DNA of 64,000 nucleotides, from NCBI GenBank assembly GCA_045807725.1, contig JBJMGV010000126.1, forward strand, positions 28,802 through 92,801. Reading direction: 5' to 3'. Below are positions 21,686 to 31,930 of the stretch, in pieces. The notes beneath the pieces were generated by a model. It saw only the letters and a program-made list of their open reading frames with translations. It was not told the origin of the DNA and made no database searches. Numbering within the stretch: the stretch's first letter is position 1; each line of letters starts with the position of its first letter. Both the position numbers and the translations under genes were made by a program. This DNA comes from Blastocatellia bacterium. Lineage in GTDB: Bacteria; Acidobacteriota; Blastocatellia; UBA7656.

Positions 21686-22849
21686 ATGGCTTTGCCTCTC
21701 AAATACAATCTGCGTAACCTGACCGTGCGCAAGAGCACGACGCTGGCCACCGCATTCACCATCGGCCTGACGATTGCGGTCTACCTGATGGTGATGGCGC
21801 TGGCGCGCGGCATCGATTTAACGCTGGCAAGCAGCGGCGAGCCGATGAACCTGATCGTTGTGCGCAACGGCAGCACAGCGGAGTTGAACAGCGCGGTGTC
21901 GCGCGAACAGCTCGACAGCTTGAAGTTTCTCGACGGCATCAGCCGTGAAGGCGAGCAGCCGCTGGCCTCGCCCGAAATGATTACGCTGATCTATAAAGCG
22001 CGCAGAGGAATGAGCCAGGGATCGAACATCACGATTCGCGGCGTCGGCCCGATGTCAACAAAGCTGCGTTCGGGATTCAAGCTCGTCAGCGGGCGAATGT
22101 ACCAGCCGGGGATGACCGAAGCCGTCGTCTCGCGCCGAATCGCCGAGCGCTTTCAAGGGATGGATGTCGGCGACAAGTTTCGCATACAGGCGACCGATTA
22201 TACGGTCGTCGGATTGTTCGACGCCGGCGGCAAAGCCTTTGAATCTGAAGTGTGGGTGGACGTGAATTCACTTTCGAGCACGACTAAGCGCGAGACCTAT
22301 TCGTCGGTGCTCTTGCGCGTCACAGACAGCGCGGCGATGGAGCAACTGGCCAAACGCATCTCCGACGATCAGCGCCTGCAACTCAAGGCCGTCTCCGAGC
22401 GCAAGTTTTACGAAGATCAGCAGGGCGCGGCTTCAGGCGTGTTGAAAGGGCTGGGCACGTTCGTCGCCTTCATTATGGCGGTGGGCGCAGCCTTCGCCGG
22501 GATGAACACGATGTACGCGGCAGTCTCGCGGCGCACCAAAGAGATCGGCACGTTGCGCGTGCTCGGCTTCAACCGCCGCAGCATTCTCGTGGCGTTCATA
22601 CTGGAATCGGTCGCTATCGCCGTGATCGGCACAATCATCGGCATCGTGCTGGCGTTGCCGCTCAATCTGGTTTCGACCGGCACATCGAACTTCACCAACT
22701 TTTCAGAGATCGCGTTCAACTTTCGCGTGACGCCTGACTTGATGATTTCGGCGCTGATCTTCGGCGCGGGCATCGGCCTTGTCGGCGCGCTGCTGCCTTC
22801 GATTCGCGCCTCGCGCTTTCAGATCGTTGACGCGCTGCGCTCGTCGTGA
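21686..22849 (+). CDS. ABC transporter permease (FtsX/MacB-like), second
   Basis: Same architecture; ...TLRVLGF... motif. Confidence 0.85.
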   Translation: MALPLKYNLRNLTVRKSTTLATAFTIGLTIAVYLMVMALARGIDLTLASSGEPMNLIVVRNGSTAELNSAVSREQLDSLKFLDGISREGEQPLASPEMITLIYKARRGMSQGSNITIRGVGPMSTKLRSGFKLVSGRMYQPGMTEAVVSRRIAERFQGMDVGDKFRIQATDYTVVGLFDAGGKAFESEVWVDVNSLSSTTKRETYSSVLLRVTDSAAMEQLAKRISDDQRLQLKAVSERKFYEDQQGAASGVLKGLGTFVAFIMAVGAAFAGMNTMYAAVSRRTKEIGTLRVLGFNRRSILVAFILESVAIAVIGTIIGIVLALPLNLVSTGTSNFTNFSEIAFNFRVTPDLMISALIFGAGIGLVGALLPSIRASRFQIVDALRSS

Positions 22850-22910
22850 TCGAACAGAGTTTTCATCGCACGACTTGATAACGGCATCTGTTCAACGAAG
22901 GGTTGTAATA

Positions 22911-24287
22911 ATGACTACAGGAATAAAAAGCGCACAGGGAAGCAATGACCTCAACGACAAGCTGAAGAGTCTGCGCATCGACCGCTCGACGCGGGCCGCG
23001 CCGTCTTCATCGAACCGCTCGCCAAAGAAGTTGCTGCTCGCGCTGTCGGTGCTGATCGCGCTCTTGGCCGTCGGCTATGCGTACTTCTCGGCAGCGCCGA
23101 AAACTGTGAGCGTCGCCGAGGTAAAGACCGAAAACGGCGCGGCGGCGGGCGGCACAACGTTGGCCGTATCGGGCTACGTCGTCGCACATCATAAGATCGC
23201 CGTCGGCGCAAAGGTGATGGGCCGCGTCGCCTGGATCGGCGTCGAAAAAGGCGACCGCGTTCAGCAAGGCCAAACGCTAGTGCGATTGGAAAACGAGGAG
23301 TTTCGCGCGCAAGTCGCGCAGGCCCGCGCCAATCTCGCAGCGGCGCAAGCGCGATTCGATCAATTGCGCGCCGGCTCACGCCCGCAAGAGAAGATGAAGG
23401 ACCGCGCCGGCGTCATTCAAGCCGAAGCCAACTTCAGAAACGCGCAAGCCGAGTTCGAGCGCATCGAGAAATTACATCGCACCGGCGTCGCCTCAAGGTC
23501 CGATTTAGATCGCGCGACGATGCAACGCGACAGCGCCGGTGCCCTGCTCGAAGCGGCGAAACAGACTTCGCAGATGACCGACATCGGCCCACGCACCGAA
23601 GAGATTCGCGCCGCCGAAGCGCAGGTTCAGCAGATGAAGGCGGCGCTCGATTACGCCGAAACGCAACTGGCCAGCACCGACATCAAAGCGCCGGTGACGG
23701 GCACGGTCTTGCAGCGCATCGTCGAGCGCGGCGAGATGGTGACGCCGTCGGCGTTCGGCGAGTCAGGCGCGCGCACGTCGGTCGTCGCGCTCGCAGACCT
23801 CAACGACTTGCAGATCGAACTCGACATCAGTCAGGCCGACTTTGCGAAATTGAAGATGGGCCAGCGCGCCGAGATTATCCCTGAAGCCTTCCCGAATCTG
23901 CGCTATCAAGGATTCATCGAAGAGATCGCGCCCGAAGCCAATCGCGCCAAAGCGACCGTGCAGGTCAAGGTCAAAGTCGAAAACCCCGACGAACAGTTGC
24001 GCCCTGAGATGAACGCGCGCGTCAACTTTCTGGCCGACGCCAAACCCAACACGGACGCGACCGCAACCATCAACCGCGTGCTCGTACCCAAGGCGGCTAT
24101 TGTGACCAGGGACGGCGCGGACTTCGTCTTTGTCGTCAAAGGCAACAAGGTCGAGCAGCGCGTCATCCGTCGCGGCGAAGAGACCGGCGATGCATACGTT
24201 GTCTTCGAGGGCTTGAGCGGCGGCGAAACGGTTGTCACCGACGGCGCAGATCAACTGCGTGACGGCAGCAGGATCAAAGAAAAGTGA
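22911..24287 (+). CDS. HlyD-family efflux periplasmic adaptor (membrane fusion protein)
   Basis: TM anchor, long coiled-coil, beta-barrel; internal ATG at 22911. Confidence 0.85.
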   Translation: MTTGIKSAQGSNDLNDKLKSLRIDRSTRAAPSSSNRSPKKLLLALSVLIALLAVGYAYFSAAPKTVSVAEVKTENGAAAGGTTLAVSGYVVAHHKIAVGAKVMGRVAWIGVEKGDRVQQGQTLVRLENEEFRAQVAQARANLAAAQARFDQLRAGSRPQEKMKDRAGVIQAEANFRNAQAEFERIEKLHRTGVASRSDLDRATMQRDSAGALLEAAKQTSQMTDIGPRTEEIRAAEAQVQQMKAALDYAETQLASTDIKAPVTGTVLQRIVERGEMVTPSAFGESGARTSVVALADLNDLQIELDISQADFAKLKMGQRAEIIPEAFPNLRYQGFIEEIAPEANRAKATVQVKVKVENPDEQLRPEMNARVNFLADAKPNTDATATINRVLVPKAAIVTRDGADFVFVVKGNKVEQRVIRRGEETGDAYVVFEGLSGGETVVTDGADQLRDGSRIKEK

Positions 24288-24293
24288 GGAGCT

Positions 24294-24995
24294 ATGCGAG
24301 AAGCGATTGTGCGAATACGCAACGTGAGCAAGCGATACGCGCGAGAAGGGTTTGAAGTCGTCGCGCTTGATAACGTCAGTCTCGATATCGAGCGCGGCGA
24401 TTTCGTGGCGCTGATGGGGCCGTCGGGTTCGGGCAAGTCAACCTTGCTGAACCTGATTGCCGGCATTGATCGCTCGACCGAGGGCGAAGTGGACGTGCTC
24501 GGCACAGACCTGGCGCGGCTCAACGAGAGTCAACTCGCGGCGTGGCGCAACACACACGTCGGCTACATCTTTCAGACCTTCAACCTGATTCCCGTGCTGA
24601 CGGCTTACGAGAATGTCGAGCTGCCATTGTTGTTGACGCATCTATCAAGGAGCGAGCGCCGCCGCAACGTCGAAACCGCGCTCGATCTGGTAGACCTGAC
24701 CGACCGTATCAGCCATCGCCCGAATCAACTGTCGGGTGGCCAGCAGCAACGCGTCGCCATCGCGCGAGCGCTGGTGATGGACCCTGATCTTTTGCTGGCC
24801 GACGAGCCGACCGGCAACCTCGACGCGCGCGCCGGCGAAGAAGTGTTGAACATCCTGGCGACGCTCAACCGCGAACTCGGTAAGACGATTGTGATGGTGA
24901 TGCACGACCCGCACGCCGCCAGCTTCGCTATGCAGGAACACCATCTCGAAAAAGGTGTCCTGCTCGAAGACCGGCCCGCGCTGGTCAGTTCGTAA
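24294..24995 (+). CDS. ABC transporter ATP-binding protein (MacB/LolD-type)
   Basis: GPSGSGKST Walker [16 protein letters not shown] signature, [11 protein letters not shown] Walker B. Confidence 0.9.
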   Translation: MREAIVRIRNVSKRYAREGFEVVALDNVSLDIERGDFVALMGPSGSGKSTLLNLIAGIDRSTEGEVDVLGTDLARLNESQLAAWRNTHVGYIFQTFNLIPVLTAYENVELPLLLTHLSRSERRRNVETALDLVDLTDRISHRPNQLSGGQQQRVAIARALVMDPDLLLADEPTGNLDARAGEEVLNILATLNRELGKTIVMVMHDPHAASFAMQEHHLEKGVLLEDRPALVSS

Positions 24996-25079
24996 TCAAG
25001 CGAACCACTGAATAAAGAAATGCCCACCTCGCATCATAAACGAGGTGGGCATTCTTACGTCGCCTGATTCTTTTCGCTC

Positions 25080-26246
25080 TTATCCGGTCTGCCCGGCCAG
25101 CCGGACGACTTTTTCCGCCGCGTCTTTCATCCCTGAAGCCGTCACAAAGCCGAGGCCCGATTCGTCGATCAGGCGACGGCCTTCTTCGACGTTCGTGCCT
25201 TCGAGGCGGACGACCACCGGCACGTCGATGCCGATGTTTCGAGCTGCCGCGATGACGCCGCTCGCCACCATATCCGTGCGCACGATGCCGCCGAAGATGT
25301 TAATCAACACCGCCTTCACGTTCTCGTCGCTCAACAGAATGCGAAAGGCGTTCTCGACCCGCGCCTGCGATGCGCCGCCGCCAACATCGAGAAAGTTCGC
25401 CGGCTCGCCGCCCGCCAGCTTGATGATGTCCATCGTCGCCATCGCTAAGCCTGCGCCGTTCACCATACAGCCGATGTTGCCGTCGAGCTTGATGTAGTTC
25501 AGATCATACTTCGATGCTTCGATCTCCAGCGGCTCCTCTTCGTTGAGGTCGCGCAGCTCGGCGTAGTCTTTGTGACGATACAAAGCGTTGTCGTCAAAGT
25601 TGAGCTTGGCGTCGAGCGCGTACAGCTCGCCGTCTTCTGTGAGCAGGAACGGGTTGATCTCCGCAAGCGAGCAATCCAGCTCGACGTAAGCGCGGTAGAG
25701 CGAGGTCATAAACTTCACGGCCTTGCTCACAGATTCGTTCGGGATGCCGATGCCGAAGGCGAGCTTGCGCGCTTGAAAGGCTTGCAGCCCGACCGCCGGG
25801 TCAATGGCTTCTCTCAAAATCTTCTCAGGCTCGCGCGCGGCGACCTCTTCAATCTCCATGCCGCCCGCTGACGACGCCATAAAGACGAGCTGTGAGATGG
25901 CGCGGTCTAACACGATGCCGAGATAAAACTCCTGCTTGATCTTCAAGCCTTCTTCGATCAAGACGCGGCGCACGGTGCGGCCTTCGGGGCCGGTCTGGTG
26001 CGTGATCAGTTGCATACCGAGTATCTGCCGCGCCAGCGTTTCGGCCTCTTCAGCCGTGCGCGCAAGCCTTACGCCGCCGCCTTTGCCGCGCCCGCCGGCG
26101 TGTATCTGCGCCTTAACGACGACCGGCAATCCGAGCTTCTCGACAACGGCGCGAGCTTGCTCCGGCGCGTCTACGACTTCGCCGCGCGGGACCGTCACGC
26201 CATACTTGGCCAACAGTTGCTTACCCTGATATTCATGGATTTTCAT
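25080..26246 (-). CDS. sucC: Succinate--CoA ligase (ADP-forming) beta subunit
   Basis: [17 protein letters not shown]..., an ATP-grasp domain and a CoA-ligase domain. Confidence 0.95.
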   Translation of the reverse strand: MKIHEYQGKQLLAKYGVTVPRGEVVDAPEQARAVVEKLGLPVVVKAQIHAGGRGKGGGVRLARTAEEAETLARQILGMQLITHQTGPEGRTVRRVLIEEGLKIKQEFYLGIVLDRAISQLVFMASSAGGMEIEEVAAREPEKILREAIDPAVGLQAFQARKLAFGIGIPNESVSKAVKFMTSLYRAYVELDCSLAEINPFLLTEDGELYALDAKLNFDDNALYRHKDYAELRDLNEEEPLEIEASKYDLNYIKLDGNIGCMVNGAGLAMATMDIIKLAGGEPANFLDVGGGASQARVENAFRILLSDENVKAVLINIFGGIVRTDMVASGVIAAARNIGIDVPVVVRLEGTNVEEGRRLIDESGLGFVTASGMKDAAEKVVRLAGQTG

Positions 26247-26350
26247 AGTCAGTGGTCAGTGGTCAGTGGTCAGTGGTCAGTGGTTGGCATTCAGTATAAT
26301 GATGATCGCGCTAATAAATCTTACACTGAATACTGCCTACTGCTTCCTGT
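26247..26350. repeat. Heptamer array (GTGGTCA x5) plus AT-richer core
   Basis: agtcagtggtcagtggtcagtggtcagtggtcagtggttggc... followed by ctgcctactg repeats. Confidence 0.5.
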
Positions 26351-26357
26351 CTACTGC

Positions 26358-28634
26358 CTACTTGATTGCATTGGCCGCTCCTCTTTGAAATGTCAGCACG
26401 TAGACGCCGCTTGAAAAGCTGCCGGCGTAAACGCGGTCGCGTTCAAACGGGTCGAACGACAGCGTCCAGACGCGCGTGGTCGGCAGCTCCGCGCCGCCGA
26501 TGGCGTCGAGCCGCTCCCACGAATAGCCTTTGTCGGTCGAGCGGTAGACGCCGCCCTTCGAGTATTCGGCGACCAGCACTTCGTCGGGGTTGGCCGGGTT
26601 GAAGACGACCGACGTGAAGTCGCCCGCCGGCAATCCACCGCCGCGCCGCACCCACGTGCGCCCGCCGTTGGTCGAGCGAAAGAGGTTCTGGTTAGTGCCC
26701 AGCAGAATCGTCGCCGGATCATTGGGCGCTTGCGCGACCGACTTCACCGACATATCACTGGGGCCGCGATCAATGTGCGCCCAGGTCGCGCCGCCGTCTT
26801 CAGAAATGTAGAGGCCCGCCTTTGTGCCGACCAGTATGCGCTTCGGCGTGTCCTTATGCGTCGAGACCGAATAGACGCGCCCATTCGCGTCGTAGCCGAC
26901 GAGGTAGACTTTCTCCCAGCCTTTGCTTTCATCAAAGGTGCGGTAAAGCCCGTCCATCGTCGCCGCCAGCAGCCCGCGCCGGCCTTCGCTGTCGCTGAAG
27001 CTGGTGATGTCGTCCACCTGCTTCGTCAATTCAAACAGCGACGGGCCGAGCGGTTCTGTAGGCTCGACTACTTTAGGCTTCTTCGGCGCGCGCGATGATT
27101 TCGATGACTTCTTTGACCCGCGCGACTTCTGTGCAACCATCACGACCGGCACGGCGCGGTATTGGCCGACGCCTTGCAAAGCGGGCGCGGCAGGCGCGTC
27201 GTTAGCGGCGCGGCGACGGCGCGTCGGCTTCTTCACCGGCTTCTCGGGCTTCGTCGTTTGATTGCCGACGAATGACCAGCTTGCGCCTCGGTCGCTTGAG
27301 CGGAAGACACCGGTGTTCGTGCCCGCATAGATCACGCTCGGGTTGTCGGGCATTTGATAAAAGGCGAACACGTCGCGTGCGCCTAAGCCGCGTGACGACG
27401 ATTGCCACGATTCGCCGCCGTCGCCGGAAACAAAGATGCTGCCGGCGGAGCCATCGTGAAAGACGCTGGCGAGCAAACGCCCGCGCTCCTGCGCGTCGGG
27501 CAGTATCGCCAGAATGTGCCGATGAATGAAGCCGATGTTGGCTTCGGCGAAATCGTCGCCGAGGTTGTTGGATTCGAGCACGCCGTAATCATCCGTAGCA
27601 ATCAGCACGCGCTGTGGCTTGTCGGGCGTGACGATGACCGAACGAATGACGTGGCTCTTCGAGGTAATGAGCATCCAGCGCTTGCCGCCGTCTTTGCTGC
27701 GCCACAGTCCTTCGCTCGTGCCGGCGAAGATGATGTTCGGATTGGTCGGGTGCGGCAACAGGTAATAGGTGCGCCGCGCCGTGAAAGGGATGCCCGGTAT
27801 CTTGTTCCAGTGCTCGCCACCCGTATTCGAGCGATAGATGCCGCTGCACGCGTTCAGATAAACAAGGTCGGGATTGGTCGGATCAACCGAGACGCCGAAG
27901 ATGTCGGAATCATCAATGACGCCGTTGCCCTTATAGCCGGTCTGCTTCCAGGTGACGCCGCCGTCTGTGGTCTTCCAGGGCAGGTGCCACGTGCCGACGT
28001 AAATCTGATTAGGATCGCGCGGGTGTATGGCGATGGACTCGATGTTGTGAATCTCTTTGTCGCCTTCGGGCGAGATGCGCTGCCACGTCTTGCCGGCGTC
28101 GGTCGAGCGCCAGGTTCCGTTCAGCTTCGGGTCGTCGTTGGCGCTGCCGGCCATCACGATGTTGGAATCTGACGGCGCGATAGCCAAGCTACGGACGGAT
28201 AACTTCTTCGTCCCGTCGAGCAGCTTCCAGTGCTCGCCGCCGTCTTCGCTCTTAAAGACGCCGCCGTCCACATCGCGCGCCACCGCCCACGCGCCGACAT
28301 AAAGCGTGCGGCTGTCGTGCGGGTCGATGGCAATGCTGTCTATCGAGAGGCCGCGCTCGCCTATCCCCGGCTTCACCCTGCGCCAAGTACGCGCGCCATC
28401 GGTCGAGCGAAAGAGCTGGCCGTCGCTCGTGCCGAGATAGAGCAGGTTGCTATTGTCGGGCGCAGCCACCAGCGTGCGCACGTCGCCGCCCCACGGGCCG
28501 GTAACTTCCCACTGACGAATCTCTTTCTCGTTTGTAGTGGTAGTTACGTCGTGCGGGCCGTCGGCTCTGGCGGGCACGAGCGACACTGCGAGCGCAAAGA
28601 CTAACGCGAGGAGGGGGAGGTTTCGGATTCTCAT
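26358..28634 (-). CDS. Secreted BNR/Asp-box repeat protein (sortilin/Ycf48-like beta-propeller) with Lys-rich insert
   Basis: Signal peptide; repeated S-x-D-x-G-x-T-W motifs (STDGARTW, SEDGGEHW, STDAGKTW, TTDGGVTW, SKDGGKRW, STNGGRTW...). Confidence 0.8.
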   Translation of the reverse strand: MRIRNLPLLALVFALAVSLVPARADGPHDVTTTTNEKEIRQWEVTGPWGGDVRTLVAAPDNSNLLYLGTSDGQLFRSTDGARTWRRVKPGIGERGLSIDSIAIDPHDSRTLYVGAWAVARDVDGGVFKSEDGGEHWKLLDGTKKLSVRSLAIAPSDSNIVMAGSANDDPKLNGTWRSTDAGKTWQRISPEGDKEIHNIESIAIHPRDPNQIYVGTWHLPWKTTDGGVTWKQTGYKGNGVIDDSDIFGVSVDPTNPDLVYLNACSGIYRSNTGGEHWNKIPGIPFTARRTYYLLPHPTNPNIIFAGTSEGLWRSKDGGKRWMLITSKSHVIRSVIVTPDKPQRVLIATDDYGVLESNNLGDDFAEANIGFIHRHILAILPDAQERGRLLASVFHDGSAGSIFVSGDGGESWQSSSRGLGARDVFAFYQMPDNPSVIYAGTNTGVFRSSDRGASWSFVGNQTTKPEKPVKKPTRRRRAANDAPAAPALQGVGQYRAVPVVMVAQKSRGSKKSSKSSRAPKKPKVVEPTEPLGPSLFELTKQVDDITSFSDSEGRRGLLAATMDGLYRTFDESKGWEKVYLVGYDANGRVYSVSTHKDTPKRILVGTKAGLYISEDGGATWAHIDRGPSDMSVKSVAQAPNDPATILLGTNQNLFRSTNGGRTWVRRGGGLPAGDFTSVVFNPANPDEVLVAEYSKGGVYRSTDKGYSWERLDAIGGAELPTTRVWTLSFDPFERDRVYAGSFSSGVYVLTFQRGAANAIK

Positions 28635-28929
28635 TGACTACTGCGACTCCTTACATTGGGAATCTTAGCACACGGGCCGCAAGCGCCCGAAGCTAGATTC
28701 ATGATCGGCCTTTCGATTGAGGATGAACTATACAATGGCGGGCCGACGAGCGGAAGGCGGAAAGGCGCAATGTCGAAAAGTTGCAAGACAAGCGCGCGTT
28801 TCGAGCCGCAAAACTGAACCGGGAATGCGTTAATGCGCGGCTGACGCGCGCGGTCAATCGCGCCCCGGCGCGGTCGCCGCGACATCACGCCGCGACATCA
28901 AGTTGCTGTGGCTTCCGGCCTGCCACCGC

Positions 28930-30501
28930 TTATGGCGCTTTCGCCTTGGGCGTCGTCGCCGGCGGCTTCGCGGGCGTAGTCGCGGGAGCCTTGGCGGGCG
29001 CGGACTTGGGCGCGGCGGGCTTCGGTATGATGAACGGAAACAGCAGGAGAGCAGGCGGAGGAAAGTCCACCGTGAAGGGCACGTCGCCCGAAATGCCGGT
29101 CGCTTCCCACGACGACATGGGAACCGTCGCTATCTGTTCCTTACCGCTGCCACAGTTGCCCGGACACAAGTCCACTGTATCTTTAACCGTATAACTGATG
29201 TCGGGCATGACGACGAGTTGTGTGCCGGTGTCGAAGATCGTAACTGACCCCTTGGCGATGCGCGCGTCGTCCTGCGGCGAAGGAGTCGCGCCGACGGGAT
29301 TGGCGGCTTGATCCTTGCCGATGCCGCCGGCAATGTTGCCGGGTATCTCGCCGATCACGTTGAAGTTCATTTGATTCGCCCCTGTCCAATCATCTATGGC
29401 TTTGATCTCAGACGGAATGAGCGTGGTGATGTCGAGCTTTAAGAAGCCAGTTGCGGCAGGAACCGTCGGCGGGCTGGCAGTGAGCTTTGCCTTTAGCGCG
29501 TTCAAGAGAAAATCGGTCGTAGCGGCTGTGGTCTTCGACGCGGTAAAGTCAGCGCCGAAGGTCTTCGAGAGGTCTTGTATAGAGCTGCTGCCGCCGAAGG
29601 CCCACGTGCTCCAGAGTGGGAGCACCCGTGAGCTTACGGCGATGCCAATGCCCAACATAATTATCGGCCACATATCTTTGCGCATATCCATCGCCATTCC
29701 AGTTGATAGCAGCGGGGTACAAAAATCCGGGCCGCAGCTCGCTGAAGCGCCCTTCCAGCTTTTTGCGTTCGGGGCGTCGCGTTCCACGGCGGCCATCGGA
29801 ACGTCCTCCTGGCGCTGAAGGTGTTGCGGGGCGCTGCCGCCGCCTTGCTGAACGACGTGCGCCAGCTCGTGCGAAAGCAACTGCCGCCCGCCGGCGCTCG
29901 CCGGCTGATACTTGTCGGCGGCGAAGACAATGTTGCGGCCATAAGTGTAGGCATGCGCATTCAGCTCTTTGGCCGAGCGCGACGCGTCGGCGTCGGCGTG
30001 AATGCGGACCTGGCTGAAATCCTGTCCAAAGCGCGGCTCCATAAAATTGCGGGTGGCGGCGTCCAGAGGTTGACCGGATGAATGCAATACGGAAGAGGCG
30101 AGGGAGGGCAGGCCGGTGGGTTCCTGTCCGCCGGCCTCGACTCGCTGAATCGGCAAAGGCTTGTGCTCCTGACCGGACGGCGGCGTCTGACAGGTCGGGC
30201 AATCGCTGCCGCAGGCACAAGCGCGCTGCACTTGCGGCTCAGGCAAGCGCATCACGCGCTCAGCGATATGGTCGGCCTCGCGCTCGTAACGGTCGCCCGG
30301 CGTGCTTATGGCCAGCTTCGCCTGAATGCCTGTCGATGAGATGGGATTCACTGGGACGCGGCTGAACTCGTGATCGAAGCGCGCGGCTTCAGGACTAGCG
30401 TATCCCTGCGCGTCCTCACGTCGAGATAGCAGGGGACGCGGCGCAGGTTCAAGCAACATCTTCGGTTGAAGCGGACTCGATTTCTGAGCGTAGCTTCTCA
30501 T
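28930..30501 (-). CDS. DUF4157 (zincin-like HExxH) domain protein with an uncharacterised ~250-aa C-terminal region and a Pro/Ala/Lys tail
   Basis: ...ATRNFMEPRFGQDFSQVRIHADADASRSAKELNAHAYTYGRNIVFAADKYQPASAGGRQLLSHELAHVVQQ matches the DUF4157 signature; ATG at 30501 with a GGAGGG RBS. Confidence 0.75.
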   Translation of the reverse strand: MRSYAQKSSPLQPKMLLEPAPRPLLSRREDAQGYASPEAARFDHEFSRVPVNPISSTGIQAKLAISTPGDRYEREADHIAERVMRLPEPQVQRACACGSDCPTCQTPPSGQEHKPLPIQRVEAGGQEPTGLPSLASSVLHSSGQPLDAATRNFMEPRFGQDFSQVRIHADADASRSAKELNAHAYTYGRNIVFAADKYQPASAGGRQLLSHELAHVVQQGGGSAPQHLQRQEDVPMAAVERDAPNAKSWKGASASCGPDFCTPLLSTGMAMDMRKDMWPIIMLGIGIAVSSRVLPLWSTWAFGGSSSIQDLSKTFGADFTASKTTAATTDFLLNALKAKLTASPPTVPAATGFLKLDITTLIPSEIKAIDDWTGANQMNFNVIGEIPGNIAGGIGKDQAANPVGATPSPQDDARIAKGSVTIFDTGTQLVVMPDISYTVKDTVDLCPGNCGSGKEQIATVPMSSWEATGISGDVPFTVDFPPPALLLFPFIIPKPAAPKSAPAKAPATTPAKPPATTPKAKAP

Positions 30502-30841
30502 AAGCCCTTCCCTCCTGCTGTCACGTTTCGGACGGCTAACGCCAACGATCTCTTGCCGGATTATACACTCTTGCTTTTCATTTGTGGCAAAAATGATGAT
30601 GCAATGTAGATATAGCCATACGGCGTCGTCTGGGCGGCGCATTCATCAACGCCGCCTCGGCAAGCAAGCGTCGTTGTACGCCGGCGGAGCAGAGCCGGCG
30701 CGGGCGGCATCCTTGACTTATCTTGTATCGCTCGTGAAGAATAAGTCGGAACGAGAAGGCACGAAAGCGTTATTCATTGCGCCGGTCACGCTTCTCGGCT
30801 CTTCAGTCGTTGATGAATTGCTTTTTGAATGATTCACGTGT

Positions 30842-30915
30842 GCGCCCGTAGCTCAGTCGGATAGAGCATCGGTCTTCTAAACCGAGGGTCGCAGGTTCGA
30901 GTCCTGCCGGGCGTA
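30842..30915 (+). tRNA. tRNA-Arg (anticodon TCT)
   Basis: GCGCCCGTAGCTCAGTCGGATAGAGCATCGGTCTTCTAAACCGAGGGTCGCAGGTTCGAGTCCTGCCGGGCGTA; cloverleaf with a 7-bp acceptor stem, a TPsiC-loop TTCGAGT and an anticodon loop CTTCTAA. Confidence 0.85.
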
Positions 30916-30965
30916 TCTTTAACTTTCGCTACTTGTTCGCTTCCTATCGTCCCGCGTAGTCGAAC

Positions 30966-31133
30966 ATGGATGTTTCCGGTTACGACCTTCTCGCCGCCCT
31001 GGCCATCGCGTTTCCGGCGTTGTTGCTCGTGCTCGCGCTGTTCGAGCCGGGCCTGCCCTACAAAATCAACTCGGCGCAATCGCTGCCGCGCTCATCGCAA
31101 CCAGGGGATTCAACCCCGGCCTTTTGCACCTGA
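30966..31133 (+). CDS. Possible 55-aa small membrane protein or gene remnant downstream of the tRNA
   Basis: MDVSGYDLLAALAIAFPALLLVLALFEPGLPYKINSAQ...; one TM helix; below the ORF-track length cutoff. Confidence 0.25.
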   Translation: MDVSGYDLLAALAIAFPALLLVLALFEPGLPYKINSAQSLPRSSQPGDSTPAFCT

Positions 31134-31177
31134 CATCTACACTGAATCCTGTATCCTGAATCCTGTATCCTGTCTTT

Positions 31178-31906
31178 ATGCGGTTACGAGTCGTCACCTA
31201 CAACATTCATAAGTGTCGAGGGATGGATAGGCGCGTGCAGCCCCGGCGCATCATTGACGTGCTCGGCGAATTGAACGCCGACATCATCGCCTTGCAGGAA
31301 GTGCTCTCGATCCCCGATGGCAAGCCCGAAGACGATCAAGCCCGCTTCATCGCCGAGCAGCTCAAGCTGTCGCACACGGTCGGCGGCACGCGCCGGCTGC
31401 GCGGCGGTATTTATGGCAACGTCGTGCTGAGCCGCTGGCCCATTACCGCAACGCAGAATTATGACATCAGCGTGCGCGGGCGCGAGCAGCGCGGCTGCCT
31501 GCGCGCCGATGTTGAAGTCATCCAGGGCAGTCCGCTGCACGTCTTCAACGTCCACCTCGGCACGGCCTACCTTGAACGGCGTCATCAAGGGCGGCGCTTG
31601 ATTGACGAAGCCATCCTCAACAACCGCGAATTGAACGGACCGCGCTTGATGCTGGGCGATTTCAACGAGTGGACGCGCGGGCTGGCCTCACGGCTGCTGG
31701 CCTCGCACTTGGTCAGCGCGGACGTGCGATTGCACCTGCCGCGCCGGCGCACCTATCCCGGCGTCTTGCCGCTACTGCATCTCGATCACATCTACTATGA
31801 GGATTCGTTAGAGCTGGAAGCGTTGACGCTCTATCGCACACGGCTGTCGCTGATGGCTTCGGATCACCTGCCGCTGGTCGCCGACTTTCAGGTGCGGTTA
31901 GATTGA
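31178..31906 (+). CDS. Endonuclease/exonuclease/phosphatase (EEP) family protein
   Basis: ...VVTYNIH...DIIALQEV...GDFNE...SDHLPLVADF. Confidence 0.8.
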   Translation: MRLRVVTYNIHKCRGMDRRVQPRRIIDVLGELNADIIALQEVLSIPDGKPEDDQARFIAEQLKLSHTVGGTRRLRGGIYGNVVLSRWPITATQNYDISVRGREQRGCLRADVEVIQGSPLHVFNVHLGTAYLERRHQGRRLIDEAILNNRELNGPRLMLGDFNEWTRGLASRLLASHLVSADVRLHLPRRRTYPGVLPLLHLDHIYYEDSLELEALTLYRTRLSLMASDHLPLVADFQVRLD

Positions 31907-31930
31907 CTGGCTTCGACGCTCATTCATTGC

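Noticed and set aside
28930-30501. eCIS/T6SS effector context for the DUF4157 protein
   Set aside because: No sheath, tube, baseplate, VgrG/PAAR or immunity-like genes within the window. Only the domain itself suggests a toxin-like role.
30842-31906. Integrase or prophage at the tRNA-Arg
   Set aside because: No integrase, recombinase or phage-like genes on either side. Only an AT-richer flank and a possible gene remnant.
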